This document shows, in pieces, positions 63,717 through 64,000 of a DNA stretch of 64,000 bases; the first letter of the stretch is position 1, and each line of letters opens with the position of its first letter. The DNA lies in sequence record PV730300.1; one strand, 5' to 3'. Both the position numbers and the translations under genes were made by a program. A model generated the notes under the pieces. That model had not been told where the DNA came from. It searched no databases and saw nothing but the letters and a program-made list of their open reading frames with translations. The DNA comes from a phage.

Positions 63717-64000
63717 TGGCAAATACATATTTAACTAACGTAGACTTTTCAGGAAAAGCTACGGAAGAGTCACTAGGTGCTCATATTGCTTACACTTTTG
63801 ATTTTCAAGGTGGAGCGGCATCTGGTTATAATACCCCCCTTTTATTTAAGTCAGACGGATCTCCAGACATAACTTTTGAAAAGTTAGAAGCTCTCACTAA
63901 AATGGGAGAAGATGTTACAGAGTTACGTAAAAGCTATATCCAACAAGTGATGGATCGCATTTCTGAAAAAGTGCGTGAAAAATTTGAAGCTGGTTGGGAT
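63717..64000 (+). CDS. hypothetical head-module protein (partial, continues past window end)
   Basis: GTG-initiated ORF open to end of window. Confidence 0.35.

Overview
This 64-kb window reads as part of a large, low-GC, virulent tailed dsDNA phage genome. Everything below comes from manual reading of the sequence and the supplied ORF track; no database search, HMM or RNA-folding tool was run, so coordinates of starts and RNA ends may be off by a few nt and family calls rest on motifs I recognise. Layout: (1) 1-20.4 kb, rightward early-type region with more than 50 small, tightly packed ORFs, repeated sigma70-like promoters (TTGACA-N16/17-TAAAGT-like), several paralogous small-protein families, a serine recombinase and a 2.3-kb non-coding A/C-skewed stretch (2.2-4.5 kb). 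(2) 20.4-54.5 kb, leftward block: a Sir2 / cytosine-C5-MTase-like / nucleotidyltransferase-like operon, three small paralogs ending in W-x-SSS-C, a DprA-like protein, lambda-type phosphatase, small amino-MTase-like protein, HslV-like peptidase, PhoH, T4-type lysozyme, glutaredoxin, RmlD and RmlC, class I ribonucleotide reductase (nrdA, nrdB), ThyX-like protein, HAD nucleotidase-like protein, HNH endonuclease, DEDD exonuclease, T4-type RNase H with no canonical start codon, RdgC-like and MazG-like proteins, an ATP-dependent ligase, and a split RNA-repair module (metallophosphoesterase, Rnl1-type RNA ligase, P-loop kinase). (3) 54.5-55.0 kb, divergent control region with GTAC-rich inverted repeats. 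(4) 55.97-57.9 kb, tRNA cluster: 12 tRNAs I could fold by eye, including a well-formed type-II (long variable arm) tRNA with a GUU anticodon, plus two unresolved tRNA-like elements. (5) 58-64 kb, start of the late module: overlapping spanin pair, large terminase interrupted by a 159-aa mini-intein inside the Walker A motif, portal, XkdF-like prohead protease. The strongest candidates for something new are the Sir2-containing operon, the GUU type-II tRNA next to the RNA-repair module, and the RmlC/RmlD genes embedded in the nucleotide-metabolism cluster.
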